This document shows, piece by piece, positions 37,201-48,140 of a DNA stretch of 63,587 nt; within the stretch, counting starts at the first letter, position 1; the number at the start of each line of letters is the position of its first letter. Both the position numbers and the translations under genes were made by a program. Source of the DNA: Haliotis cracherodii (taxonomy: Eukaryota); contig NW_027266265.1 of NCBI RefSeq assembly GCF_022045235.1, forward strand, positions 50,716,414 through 50,780,000, given 5' to 3'. Under the pieces are notes generated by a model. The model was not told the DNA's origin. It saw only the letters and a program-made list of their open reading frames with translations, and made no database searches.

Positions 37201-40200
37201 ACGGAAGGATTAACATATGCGCCTATTGAAGTATGGATTTCTGAACAAAGAATTTATTCATTCTGCTGTTTATTTAGATCACTAAAGGAAAACAACAAAT
37301 CAGTTCTCACTTAAGATAAAAAATTGCAATTTAAGATATTCAAAAGTTAATATGAATGCAAATATTACGATTCTCCGCCGATCTCAAAACCTGGCACGTC
37401 ATCTGGCATCTAAAGCTCTTTATTTCTGTTTTGGGCGTCAAAATACTGTTTACAGAAGTTAACAGTCCTTCAGCAGCAAATGACAGACACACAGACAGAT
37501 ATTGTATTTCGTCTCATTGCTGTACATCATAGAAACTTGCATTAAACAGGAGTTAATATATGAAAATAATAATACAGCGCCCTCATATAAAGTTATGAGA
37601 TACGATATAAAATTAAATTTTTCCGCCGCGAAAACAATCTTTAGAATTCCTGTACCGTGTTGGCTTGTACGTATGAACATTATTTGTCTATAAAGGTTCC
37701 TACCAGCTTATCAGATATTTCTTTTCCATACGGACATCTTGTATTTTGCTAGAAATAGCTTTCGTATTTAAACCAGTGGTGATGTTAAATATATGCTGCA
37801 TGTTTAAGTCGGTTTGTTTTGCCGAAAAGGGTGAGTTACACTTGCTATATATAAACAGTTGATGCACAACCGCCAACTGCTGGGCCTATGAAAGGTATAG
37901 GGGTGAGGATGGCTGGATGTGGGCTTTTAACCATATCAGTGCAACGGTCTTTGAATTAACAAATTTCGAAATGAGACAGTGATGAATAGACAAAGAATCA
38001 AAGTTATAAGAAAACAGAATAAAGAATTAGAAATAGAGTTCTAATCTGCCACATACACTGTAGTGTAAATCTGTAGCCACATACACCCTTGTAACACCAT
38101 GGAGTCAAATTCATCGGTGCACATAGTCGATGTTCCACTCATTTAATGTATACGTTACAACAAGCCTATCGTTATTTGATATGAAGCGGTGATGTTGTAA
38201 ACTGAGCGTATCTCAAATACAGCCCAGTGCTCTCATAACAGGATCGCTCTACAGATCCTCTATAACCAACAGATCAAAGGTTACTCGTCTACTCATGAAT
38301 AATGACGTCATTAATTAGAGGCGTAATGAAGTGATTACGTCATCAAACGATTATTAATTGACAGCAGGCAGCGGGGGCGATCAGACGCGGCTGAAATTAT
38401 GTCGATTTCACGGATGACGTGAGATGTTGGAAGCTATCACGTGACTTATTATGTCAATTGCCAACCTGTTGTTTTTGTCAGTGGGTCGCGAGGAAAACGG
38501 TATTCGATAAGCTTCTTAGTCGCCCATATCATTCGCCGACTCATTAGTTGAATATTTACAAGAAATTAGTTTGACAAATTATGGATATTGACAAATGAGG
38601 TTAATTTCACGCTATGTCGACTCCGTGAAAAAGTGAGAATTTGTCTGATTAAATTACACAATCTTCGTGCTGAATCTCATTTGTTGTGGTAAACTTTCAT
38701 TCGTGCGCTTACTCAAAAATGTCGTTTCTTGGAAACTAATTATGACACGTAATTAAACATTAATTATATACTTTACCCCTATATGTCACATAAATCATAT
38801 TTACGTGTTCTTTGCAATGTCAATAAGCAACACGGATGAATAAATTCCATTTATTTTAAAAATATTATGAGAAGAGTTTTCAAACATTCTTTGGTTCAAA
38901 TCAGTATACAAATTACTAGTAAATATTTGTAAAATGTTAATATGTTAACCTGACCATCAAGAATATTTTCCTCGAAAAATATCAATTTCAACATGATTGC
39001 GACCGAGCTACACAAGCACGTGTTTATACAATGTCTTATAACTGTGTTGCTAGGTAACAACAGATTATCCTCAAACACGAAATTGTACGTTCCTCCTAAA
39101 AATGATTTGCTTGTTTCCTTTTCTTCAATGAAAGGTATCGTAGTTTATTTTTAGACAGTTCAAATTGGGCACGCGTCCCGAACTTTGAATGGTGTATTAT
39201 AATTCTGGCTGTTCACCCGCCATCTAGCCCTTAATGGGACTCATGTCCCCGTTGTATGGCACGGGGGATGAGGGACAATAACCCCTTTCCCCACCCCCCA
39301 GTAACCCCGGCACGCGACACCAACCAGCAGGGTATCCCTGAACGCCAGACGCCCGGTGGATATAACTTTATGAGGGGTAGTTCACAAAAGCCAGGAAATC
39401 CACGGTTAAAGTGCACGTATAGAATTTAGTACGGGGGATGTTCCAATATTTGTTAAGGCCTGTTGTTATTCCATTGTCATATGTTGTTTGAAGTTTCGTT
39501 GGTGATAGAGTCAGAGCTAGTGTTGACATTTTTTCAGTTATATGGTTTAGTTTGCCGGTAAATGTACTTTTGTTATGATAATCCACATATCTATATCATA
39601 ATGCTATTTATATTGGATGTTAGTTCACTTTTTATCACATTTTCATTTTAACAAAATAATAAAATTATCAAAATCAGTTAATTTGTATAAATATCTATTG
39701 GATAGTGATATGTTTTCTTGTCGTATAGTTGATTTCAAGTCGCATTTGTTTCGTTCGATAAATGTAAACTCAATATTCTGAAAATAATGAATTCTAACGA
39801 CAATGTATATGTCATATGTTTCCGTCTATTTAAACATAAATTAACTCTACTTCTAGAACAGTATTGCAACTTTTATAATATATTTGTTTATACAAATAAA
39901 ACGACAAAATCATAATATTCCGGCATTTAATGTCAATAGCCAAGTTGCTGACTCGGTTGTCCGGTTGCCAAGCGACAAGGGCGGACGCGGGGCTGCTGGT
40001 TTAACACCACCTTCAGCTTAGTTAAACTAGCCATAACGATTAATTTATGTACAAATAATAGCAGGTCGTATAGGGAGGGTTTCACCTGTCTCACAAGGGA
40101 GGGGCTGGCTTTGAGGGTAGCGACTCACCTGAGTGTACACCTGCCCGTGTGCCGCGCTAATGTCGCACTGTACAAGTCTGTCATGTGCCGGGCACCGTCA

Positions 40201-40934
40201 CACTCGTTCAACACTCGATTCTAACCCGATACCCGACACGGAACGCGCGCGCGGGGAACAGGTGAAATGGGGAAAACTAACGCCGGGGGAGTGACGGGGG
40301 GAGAAAATAACACAGTACAGATTCATAGCTCCGAGACATTTGAATTTTATTTTGTTTTGGTTTCTGAGGACTCACAATACCGGACAAATGTTAAAGCAAG
40401 GCTGTGAGGTTTGTATGGTGCGGGCATCTGTGGTAAAAGTACAAGTATTTAGGAGATTGAGAGAACGCTAAGCTCCTCATTCTGATCAAAGGTAGCACGT
40501 GAGGTGAGAGTTTTTGGAAATTTGTAATAAACTCGCGTCATACTCTGTAATTAAACCTGTTATGTATGCTGCAATTATTATAAAATATTCGTCTTGACAA
40601 TACCGGGTTCCGTCATTGTAGGAGTGTTTGTGCTTTTCCACCTGCTGGGGTCGGTGGTTGTATCATGAAGTTGTGATTGGTTGTTGTTAAATACATCTGT
40701 GTTTTTTCTAAATCATGCCTGTCATCATTAATGTTTATTTTAGAAATGTTTAATCAAATTTTAAGTGGAATGCTGAATACACTTCTTTCATTGGCTTTGG
40801 AGCCTTGTACTATAACAACGAATCAAAGGACCTACCATATTGTCAAAAGTGTCATATTGTTCCCGAAAATACTGAAAAAGAATAATTTCACTTTTCCTAA
40901 AACATTAAATTATTCACCGACTGGTTCCTAATAT

Positions 40935-41445
40935 CAGTCTGATATATTTGAGATATATGCAACAGTAATGTTGAGAGATATGAGACATTCGCAACGATAA
41001 TTTTGTCTGAGATATTTGAGACATATGCAACAGTAATGTATTTGAGATATATACAACAATTATGTGTCTGAGATATTTGAGACAAATGCAACAATAATGT
41101 GTCTGAGATATTTGAGACATTATAGAACAGTAATGTGTGAGATTTTTTAGATACATTCAATAGTAATGTGCCTGAGATATTTGAGATATTTGCAACAATA
41201 ATGTGTCTTAGATATTGGAGATGTATGAAACAATAATTGGTCTGCGATATTTGAGATATATGAAACAATAATTAGTCTGCGATATTTCCGATATATGCAA
41301 CAATAATGTGTATGAGATATTTGAGACAGATGCAAGAACAATATGTCAGCGAGACTTGAGATACACGTAACAACAACTGATCTGAGATATAAGAAATTTA
41401 TCCAACAATAAATGGTCTAAGATATTTGAGACATGTGTAACAGTC
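40935..41445. repeat. Degenerate ~36-bp minisatellite
   Basis: Recurrent tgagatatttgagaYatatgcaacaRtaatgtgtc. Confidence 0.85.
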
Positions 41446-41489
41446 TTAATAAAATGACGATCCATTGATGCACAACAATATATTATGGT

Positions 41490-41876
41490 ACAATATTGTT
41501 TCAAGCTAGCATTCTAACTGAAATCGTCCGAAATAACAAACGTTTATTCGATTATGATGTTTTACGTTTGCAGTATTTTGGCGACTGTTTTCATCCTGTT
41601 GACGTGTTCGAATCCTGGTTCGCCCCGATTATGTTTCTAGGTTTGTCAGCACCATACCCGTGCTCGTGGGTTTCACCGAAGTGGTTAACGTCTGAGACCT
41701 GCGTCACTTCGGACTTACCTCCCACATTAAGCTGACACACCGTGATATGACTGGAATACTGTTAAAAGCAGCGTTAAACCCAACTCACTCACTCACTCAC
41801 TCCTGTTGACGTTTTGATAACGTTTGCATTTTCTGTCAATTTTTCAAGTGTATACTTTCTTTTGAGCGGCAGTGTA
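41490..41876 (-). mobile_element. MITE family M1 interrupted by SINE D
   Basis: gcagtattttggcgactg before the SINE and the TIR gtgtatactttcttttgagcggcagtgTA after it. Confidence 0.75.
41606..41800 (+). mobile_element. 5'-truncated SINE family D with 12-bp TSD
   Basis: Starts at the B box gttcgaatcc, has a (CACT)n tail; TSD tcctgttgacgt at 41594-41605 and 41801-41812. Confidence 0.9.
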
Positions 41877-42759
41877 TCATGAAGCTCATCATTAGCTTTG
41901 TCACCATCATTAACTTTTTCATTCAACAAAATCTTCACTCCTTCCAGATAGGATGTCAATGGATTAGGATTAGTCTCGTCAGGAATAGCGACGGACCGCG
42001 TCCATAAGAACTTTTCAATATCTAGCCTGTACATTAATTGGATGTTTTAAACGCAAATAAAGTATCAAGCAAATATCCGAACATCATCTCACCAATACCC
42101 GTAGTGGCTGTTTAGACTGAAATTGGAACTCGTTCATGCATTTTGAATCAAGGATAAATAAATGTTTGTCAAAAGAATGTAGACAAATGTAGCTTCTTCG
42201 TATTTGAAAAGTTATTTACGTTATTGCTTATCAAATCGTGAAAATTCCTATGTGTCATTCATGATTAATAAAGATAACATATTCGATCAAGGGACAGCGA
42301 CATATAAATCTTTAGACCGCCTGCTATCGAAGCAGTTCCACTCGGAAGAATCTTTACTCGGACCAATTCGACAAAGCGATCTTAGTGCTAAGGGGATCGC
42401 AAATCTATGTTGAGGAATGGGTTACATTCGCAGTTCTAAGGTCGCTCTTTGAAGTGGGGCCCTGGGCAATGCGATCATCAGGTTAGTAAAGAAATATTTT
42501 GCCATCGGTGTATTCAACCCCCAGACCATAACGTGCCTCACTCTGAAGAATCAGTTCGTTAAGTGTGACATTTATGCATCTATCGCAACACTCTTATAGA
42601 GCGTATATAACAGCGCAAGGTGAAGTCATAGCGTGTCCAAGGGCTCATACTACAAAGCCATCTTAACGCTACGACTGCCTATCCTATACTCTAACATAAG
42701 ACCTGTAATAGTCGTAGCACTGTGATCGCTTTTTGATGCGTTACCACACACTGCATTAC

Positions 42760-42992
42760 TGTTTGTTTGTTTGTTTTACACCGAACTCAGCAATATTCCA
42801 GCTACATGACGTCGTATGTAAAATAAACAAGTCTGGACCAGACAATCCAACGATTGACATCATAAGCATTGATCTACGCAATTGGGATACGATGACATGC
42901 ATCAAACAGGTCAGCGAGACTGACCACTCGATCCCGTTAGTCGCCTCTTACGACAAGCATGGGTTGCAGAACACCTCCATCTCTACCCGAGT
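42760..42992 (-). mobile_element. Retroposon family C
   Basis: Reverse complement contains caacccatgcttgtcgtaagaggcgactaacgggatcg; imperfect TSD cactgcattactgtt / cactgccgtactgtt. Confidence 0.85.
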
Positions 42993-43360
42993 CCACTGCC
43001 GTACTGTTAGCGGATTCTGGACAGAATAGAACTGCATTGTCCCGCGTTGTTGAACGAGCGGCCTCCGATGAGGATCGGTAGGCTGCAATGGGGGACCAAG
43101 GTTCACTTGCCCCAAGTGATCTTAGCGTTACGATGTTCGAACTCCCATACATAAACGTAAACTTACGATGGCCGTAGCGCTACGACCGTTTTGGGCAAGA
43201 GGACCTTGGTTGAGTTTGTGTCACCGTACCCTAACGAATCATTGCTCATTCTTTCAACCACTTGTTGGACCAACGCCATAATTTAAAAGCCGTTCCATAG
43301 CTGGAATACACTTTAAGTTCACTACATATTTGGATGCCAAAATTTAATTTCATCTTGAAA

Positions 43361-43475
43361 CCAGGGCCCCGTTCCACAAATCGATCGCAGCAATACGACT
43401 ACAGAACACCTATGTTAAAATATGTGACTTACGATCGTCTTAGTGCTAAGATCGATTTGTGAAACGGGGCCCTGG
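43361..43475. mobile_element. Palindromic MITE family M2 (possibly PIF/Harbinger-like)
   Basis: ccagggccccgttccacaaatcgatc ... gatcgatttgtgaaacggggccctgg; eroded relatives at ~42355-42466, 42637-42740 and 43095-43210. Superfamily inferred from CWG flanks and GG.CC termini. Confidence 0.75.
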
Positions 43476-43820
43476 GATGCGAAATACGTTTTGTAACTCA
43501 TGGCTGTTTAAGAAATCTGCATATGTCGAAAGCATTACACAAAAATAATTTTGCCGCAAACAGATATTTGACACTTTACCGTTATGAAAAATAATATCAA
43601 CTTGGTTTCTGCCACTTGATTGCATTAACAAAACTCAAATAAAGGAATGATTTATAGACTTAGTGCCAGGCGCTTCTTGCACTGTGAACTTGGGGCTGTA
43701 CAATGTGGAGTGTATTTCTGTCACGGCGGTGCTCCAGACATTGATTAATGTCATGTTATGACATATAACGATACATAATGTAAACACTAGTTTGATAGAT
43801 CGCTCACCTCCCTTGGTTGA

Positions 43821-44033
43821 AACTGACGGACAAAAAAAGGATACACCCATGTTAAACGAGCAACAAGAAATAGTTATTCGATGGTAATGTATTTCATAAG
43901 AGTATCGTAGTTGTAGTATGGACCTTAAGTTTGCAGTGTTTCGGCGACTGTTTTCAACCCAGTGACGTTTGTCACGTTTGTACTTGGCCGAATCAAATTT
44001 CCTGGGGTGTGCTTTCTTTTGCGCGGCAGTGTA
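43821..44033 (-). mobile_element. MITE family M1
   Basis: actgacggacaaaaaaaggatacaccc ... gggtgtgctttcttttgcgcggcagtgTA, with the shared internal sequence. Confidence 0.82.
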
Positions 44034-45015
44034 TTAAACGGTTTTTTTCTGGAAACCTTGAACAAGATATCAAAATATATATAAAAAACAGCAAAGTTTA
44101 TGATAAAAGTAAAATATAAACCAACAATATTTAGGTATCATATATTTTAATAATACTTGTTGAGTAAGTTGGTATCATACCAACATCATGAAACATGTGA
44201 ATTCACACATCTTTGGCACATGACAATTTCGCTCACAAGCAATAAAATCTTCACTATAAATAACCAGCCGCGGACAGTGTCGGAATGTAGGTGGTCAAAG
44301 TCGTCACGGCTGACCACGCATGCACCTGTGTCCACTGACCATAACGCCCCACGTGGCATGATATTTGGCCCCTCTGATAATATGTGAAGCATATGGGGTA
44401 CAAATTGAAAATACTAAAATGCTGCATTTAGTACAATTATTGCCATGGTTACGACATTGTAAATATGAATATTGATGTAAAAACATTGTCTGATAAAATG
44501 TAAATCTGTTGGTAAAAATAAAATAGAGTATTGTATCTAATGCTGTTATCAATTTGCAGATAATCTGAGCGAGTTATGGTGAATACTATGATATCTTATA
44601 CTGATAGTCGAGTACTCTATCAGGGCTCATATCTCGAACAATAACGAATAAATACGTAATGGTGACTGGTAAACGTTCATAACCTGAGATCAGTTTCGAG
44701 ACAGACTTGGTCTGACGAGACTACAGGAATAAATAATGTAGTAAATGCAATATAAAGGTAATACTTTAGTTGACAAGAACGCGACGCTGTCAGTTGATAA
44801 ATAAACATTATACTGACCAAATAAATAAACATTTGTCATCTACAACAATATAGTTGCATGTTGAACACGCACAGCACTAACAGAACAAAAGAGTCAATTT
44901 CTCATTTTAGTGTCAATGTAACAAGTGTCACTGAACGCATGAATCCATGACGTCACTGCACAAAATGATGACGTCATAGCACACAATGATGACGTCATAG
45001 CACAAAATGATGAAG

Positions 45016-46672
45016 TTATTGAACCATCGGCCCACAACAGCCGTCTTCGTGTTTCAGCAGCAGAGACATGCGTGAGAATGTCTTGGAGCAGGATCTGCAG
45101 CTGTATTTCTTGACATCGGAGTGGGTCTGGAGATGTGCTCTGAGGTTGGATCGGTCCGCGAACGCCCGGCCACAGTGGGGGCAGGAGAAAGGCTTCTCCC
45201 CCGTGTGGGTCCTGATGTGACCCTGGAGCAGCCAGGGCCGGGAGAAGGCCTTGCCGCACAGCTTACACTTGCAGGGGAGGGTGTGGGTCCGGATGTGCAT
45301 CTTCAGAGCACCAAGCGACACATACGTTTTGTCACAGTATTTACAGTTAAATTCTTTCTTAATCTGCGAAGCACAGTGGAATTGTTTGTGTTTGGAAAGT
45401 CCGCTAAAAGTGGAGTAGCTTTTCTTACACGCATCACATTGGTATCTCACAGGCTCGTTCTCCTTGCTTTTCTTCTTGTCCGACAGGGATAAGTCAATGT
45501 CTGAGGGCACACTTTGGGCTTTTAACACAGGATAATTCAGCACATTGTCAAATGGAGCTTTAGAAAGCCGGGCACCCAAATCCATACTCTCCATTACCCG
45601 GTCGTCAAAAACCAATTTTCCCGTGTCGGCGGCAGGTGGGGAAAAATTGAGGGGGTAGCGTAGTCCGTGGAGGTACGGCGGAGGGGGAAGCAGGTGGTGG
45701 GTGCCTTTGAACGCTGACGGGACGTCCGGGTAGTGCCGATAGGGGAAAGGGGACTCTGCCAGCGGTCGGACAACGGGGGGCGCAGGAAGGCCATTCATAA
45801 ACCGCAAGTTGAATGGCAGTAATGACGGGTGGTGGTGCAGACCCCCGAACACCGGACTGTGCCATGGGAATGCTTCTGGAAGTCGAGGGGGCTCCGGGGG
45901 TGAACTGCTTGGGGTACCGATGGGTGAGGTACTGCTGACGCTACGGTCACTGTCTCCGAACCCTGGGGAGAGGCTTGACCCACGCAGGGGCTTGTCGAAG
46001 ATCAACGGTGGGAGAGGTCGGGGATGGATGGGACTGATCTTCCCTCGTGGGCTGCAGTAGATATCTGGGCGCTTCAGACGCAATGCAATCTCTTCCATTT
46101 CTGAAAATCATGATAAAAATATTTTAAATTCTTTGAACAAAATTCACTTGTCTGCTTTATATGTAAGTTCATAAGTGAATTAAATAAAATAAATATTACC
46201 AATACTTTTGAATAAAACTTCTTTGAATTTTCCATTTTATTAGTTTAATAAAAGGGGAGACTTAATGTAACGTTATACACAGGAGGTTAATGATGTCATA
46301 AGAAATATCGTGTACTTAATTAAAATGAAGAAAGAAAACAAAACCTAAGTCACTATAGTTATAGTAAACATAAAAAAATGTATGCCTACCTTTTTCTCTG
46401 TGAAATGCTCTGTCTTGAATGACGACCTTCTCACATGGCGACACCTGACGTGGGGGTCTGTCATTGCGAGGCGTCTTTTTGGTTAGGTCCATACCCGTCT
46501 CCTCTGTCACACACACCATCCCGGGGGTTGGGGAGGCGAGCACTGGTGTGGGGGAGGCCAGGACTGGAGTAGGAGCAGCCAGGATAGGGGTAGGGTACAC
46601 CAGCTCCGGGGTAGCAGCGACATATATATCCCCCGCTCGTTCCCTTTTCTTGATGAGGAATGCACGAGGCAT
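45016..46672 (-). CDS. snail: Snail-family zinc-finger transcriptional repressor, 2 exons (46672-46390; 46100-45016), 455 aa
   Basis: Exon 1 starts with the SNAG motif MPRAFLIKK. Donor AAAG|GTAGGC at 46389 and acceptor TTTTCAG|AA at 46101 give a phase-1 junction (G+AA=Glu) that joins in frame to ORF 46098-45016. The C-terminus has five fingers: [84 protein letters not shown] and a final C2HC finger [21 protein letters not shown]. These are diagnostic of Snail/Slug rather than Scratch. Paralog identity (snail1 vs snail2) not determined. Confidence 0.97.
46101..46389 (-). other. snail intron, 289 bp, phase 1
   Basis: GT...AG ends on the minus strand, AT-rich interior, and removal restores a continuous reading frame from SNAG to the zinc fingers. 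Confidence 0.92.
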
Positions 46673-46799
46673 TTTGAGTGAGAAGTTAGCACAGTATCCA
46701 AACTCGTAACAGACGCGATAGTCACTAACCGCTTGTTGACAAGTTGAAAAAGTCGGGTCGGCTCATGAACGAAGCGTCGATTGACAAGTGATCTCGCTG

Positions 46800-47030
46800 A
46801 ATGCAGTGTTCAACACAACTCTTAACTCGGAACGGAACCACACCGTATAAATACCTTGTCATAGGCTGCACGCTGTCTTTGTAAATCTCTTCCCTCGCTA
46901 TCACCAATCACGGCGAGGGGACAGTCAGATGGCGCTCTCAGCCAATCAGATGCCTCGGCGCTCTATAAGCCCCGCCCCTATCCCGCGTGTGCCGCGTGCG
47001 CTTGTTGAGACCGCCAACAGGTGTAGGTAT
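46800..47030 (-). promoter_or_regulatory. snail proximal promoter (TATA-like, CCAAT, GC box, E-box)
   Basis: Minus-strand TATTTATA at 46846-46853, about 175 bp upstream of the ATG. CCAATCA at ~46904 and ~46942, CCCGCCCC at ~46971, CAGGTG at 47018-47023; locally CpG-rich. TSS not determinable from sequence. Confidence 0.65.
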
Positions 47031-47786
47031 GGAATTACACCAGTAATGAAACGTTTTGGTGGTAAACCAGGAAAAAACCGACACTGGCAAAAGCAATAGG
47101 AATCGAAAAGCGATTGACTACCACCCAACCTCAGCAGCTCTCGAGTGTTGTCAAATTTCCATCTTTTTTCATCTTTTGTGCGTGAAAGCGAGAACATTAA
47201 AGATTTTACCGGAGCCGTATGAACAATTTTAGGGTTCGTTTTTCTTCAACCCCCCGCACGCGCAACGCACCAGCGACGCTACTCGTTAGGACAAAAAAAA
47301 GTGACGTTTTTGTCACATTTGATACGAATGATGTCTGTTGTTATTTAAATTTCGTTGAAGAAAAGAGGGAAAGAAGTTGCTTAACGACATGGGCAATAAA
47401 TTTTGAATTCTTTCTCCTACCTCAAAGTCAATGGGTAATATGGAAAATAAACGTTTAAATGTTTGGAAATGAGAGTTTCTTTTAAGATATTCCCTCGAGG
47501 AAACAAAACCTATTTAGAGTTTAACATTATCATTGAAATTTACTCCTTCACGCGTTAGTCTAAGCAGATGCACAAACACTCTTAAGACGCTTTGCGGTCA
47601 AGTTGAATAATAACTGAAACATAAACGAAATCGTTTATGAAGAAAGCTATACGAAATCCTTCATATAAATGGGGGGGACAATTCATTTATTTCCTGTCTT
47701 AATGTGCAGTCGTAATATGATTTTTAAAGTAAATAACCACTCAGTCCACCAAACCACTTGAATCATTAATAATTGTTGTTGTTTTA

Positions 47787-48140
47787 TTACCACGTTCGGT
47801 ACAGTTGTAAACACGCATGAATTTTATACCACGTTCGGTACAGTTGTACACACGCATGAATTTTATACCACGTTCGGTACAGTTGTACACACGCATGAAT
47901 TTTATACCACGTTCGGTACAGTTGTACACACGCATGAATTTTATACCACGTTCGGTACAGTTGTACACATGCATGAATTTTATACCACGTTCGGTACAGT
48001 TGTACACACGCATGAATTTTATACCACGTTCGGTACAGTTGTACACATGCATGAATTTTATACCACGTTCGGTACAGTTGTACACATGCATGAATTTTAT
48101 ACCACGTTCGGTACAGTTGTACACACGCATGAATTTTATA
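47787..48140. repeat. 39-bp minisatellite, 9 near-identical units, ~1.1 kb upstream of the snail ATG
   Basis: Unit ccacgttcggtacagttgtacacaYgcatgaattttata. Confidence 0.96.

Noticed and set aside
44894-46060. Alternative-frame and antisense ORFs overlapping snail exon 2
   Set aside because: Expected shadows of a GC-rich coding exon; no independent support.
46316-46389. Read-through tail of the exon 1 ORF ([10 protein letters not shown]...)
   Set aside because: Lies past a good GT donor in AT-rich intron sequence; splicing gives the complete Snail protein.
47787-48140. CRISPR-like appearance of regular repeats (also 8855-9335 and 3838-4120)
   Set aside because: Units are contiguous with no unique spacers, there are no cas genes, and the context is eukaryotic.
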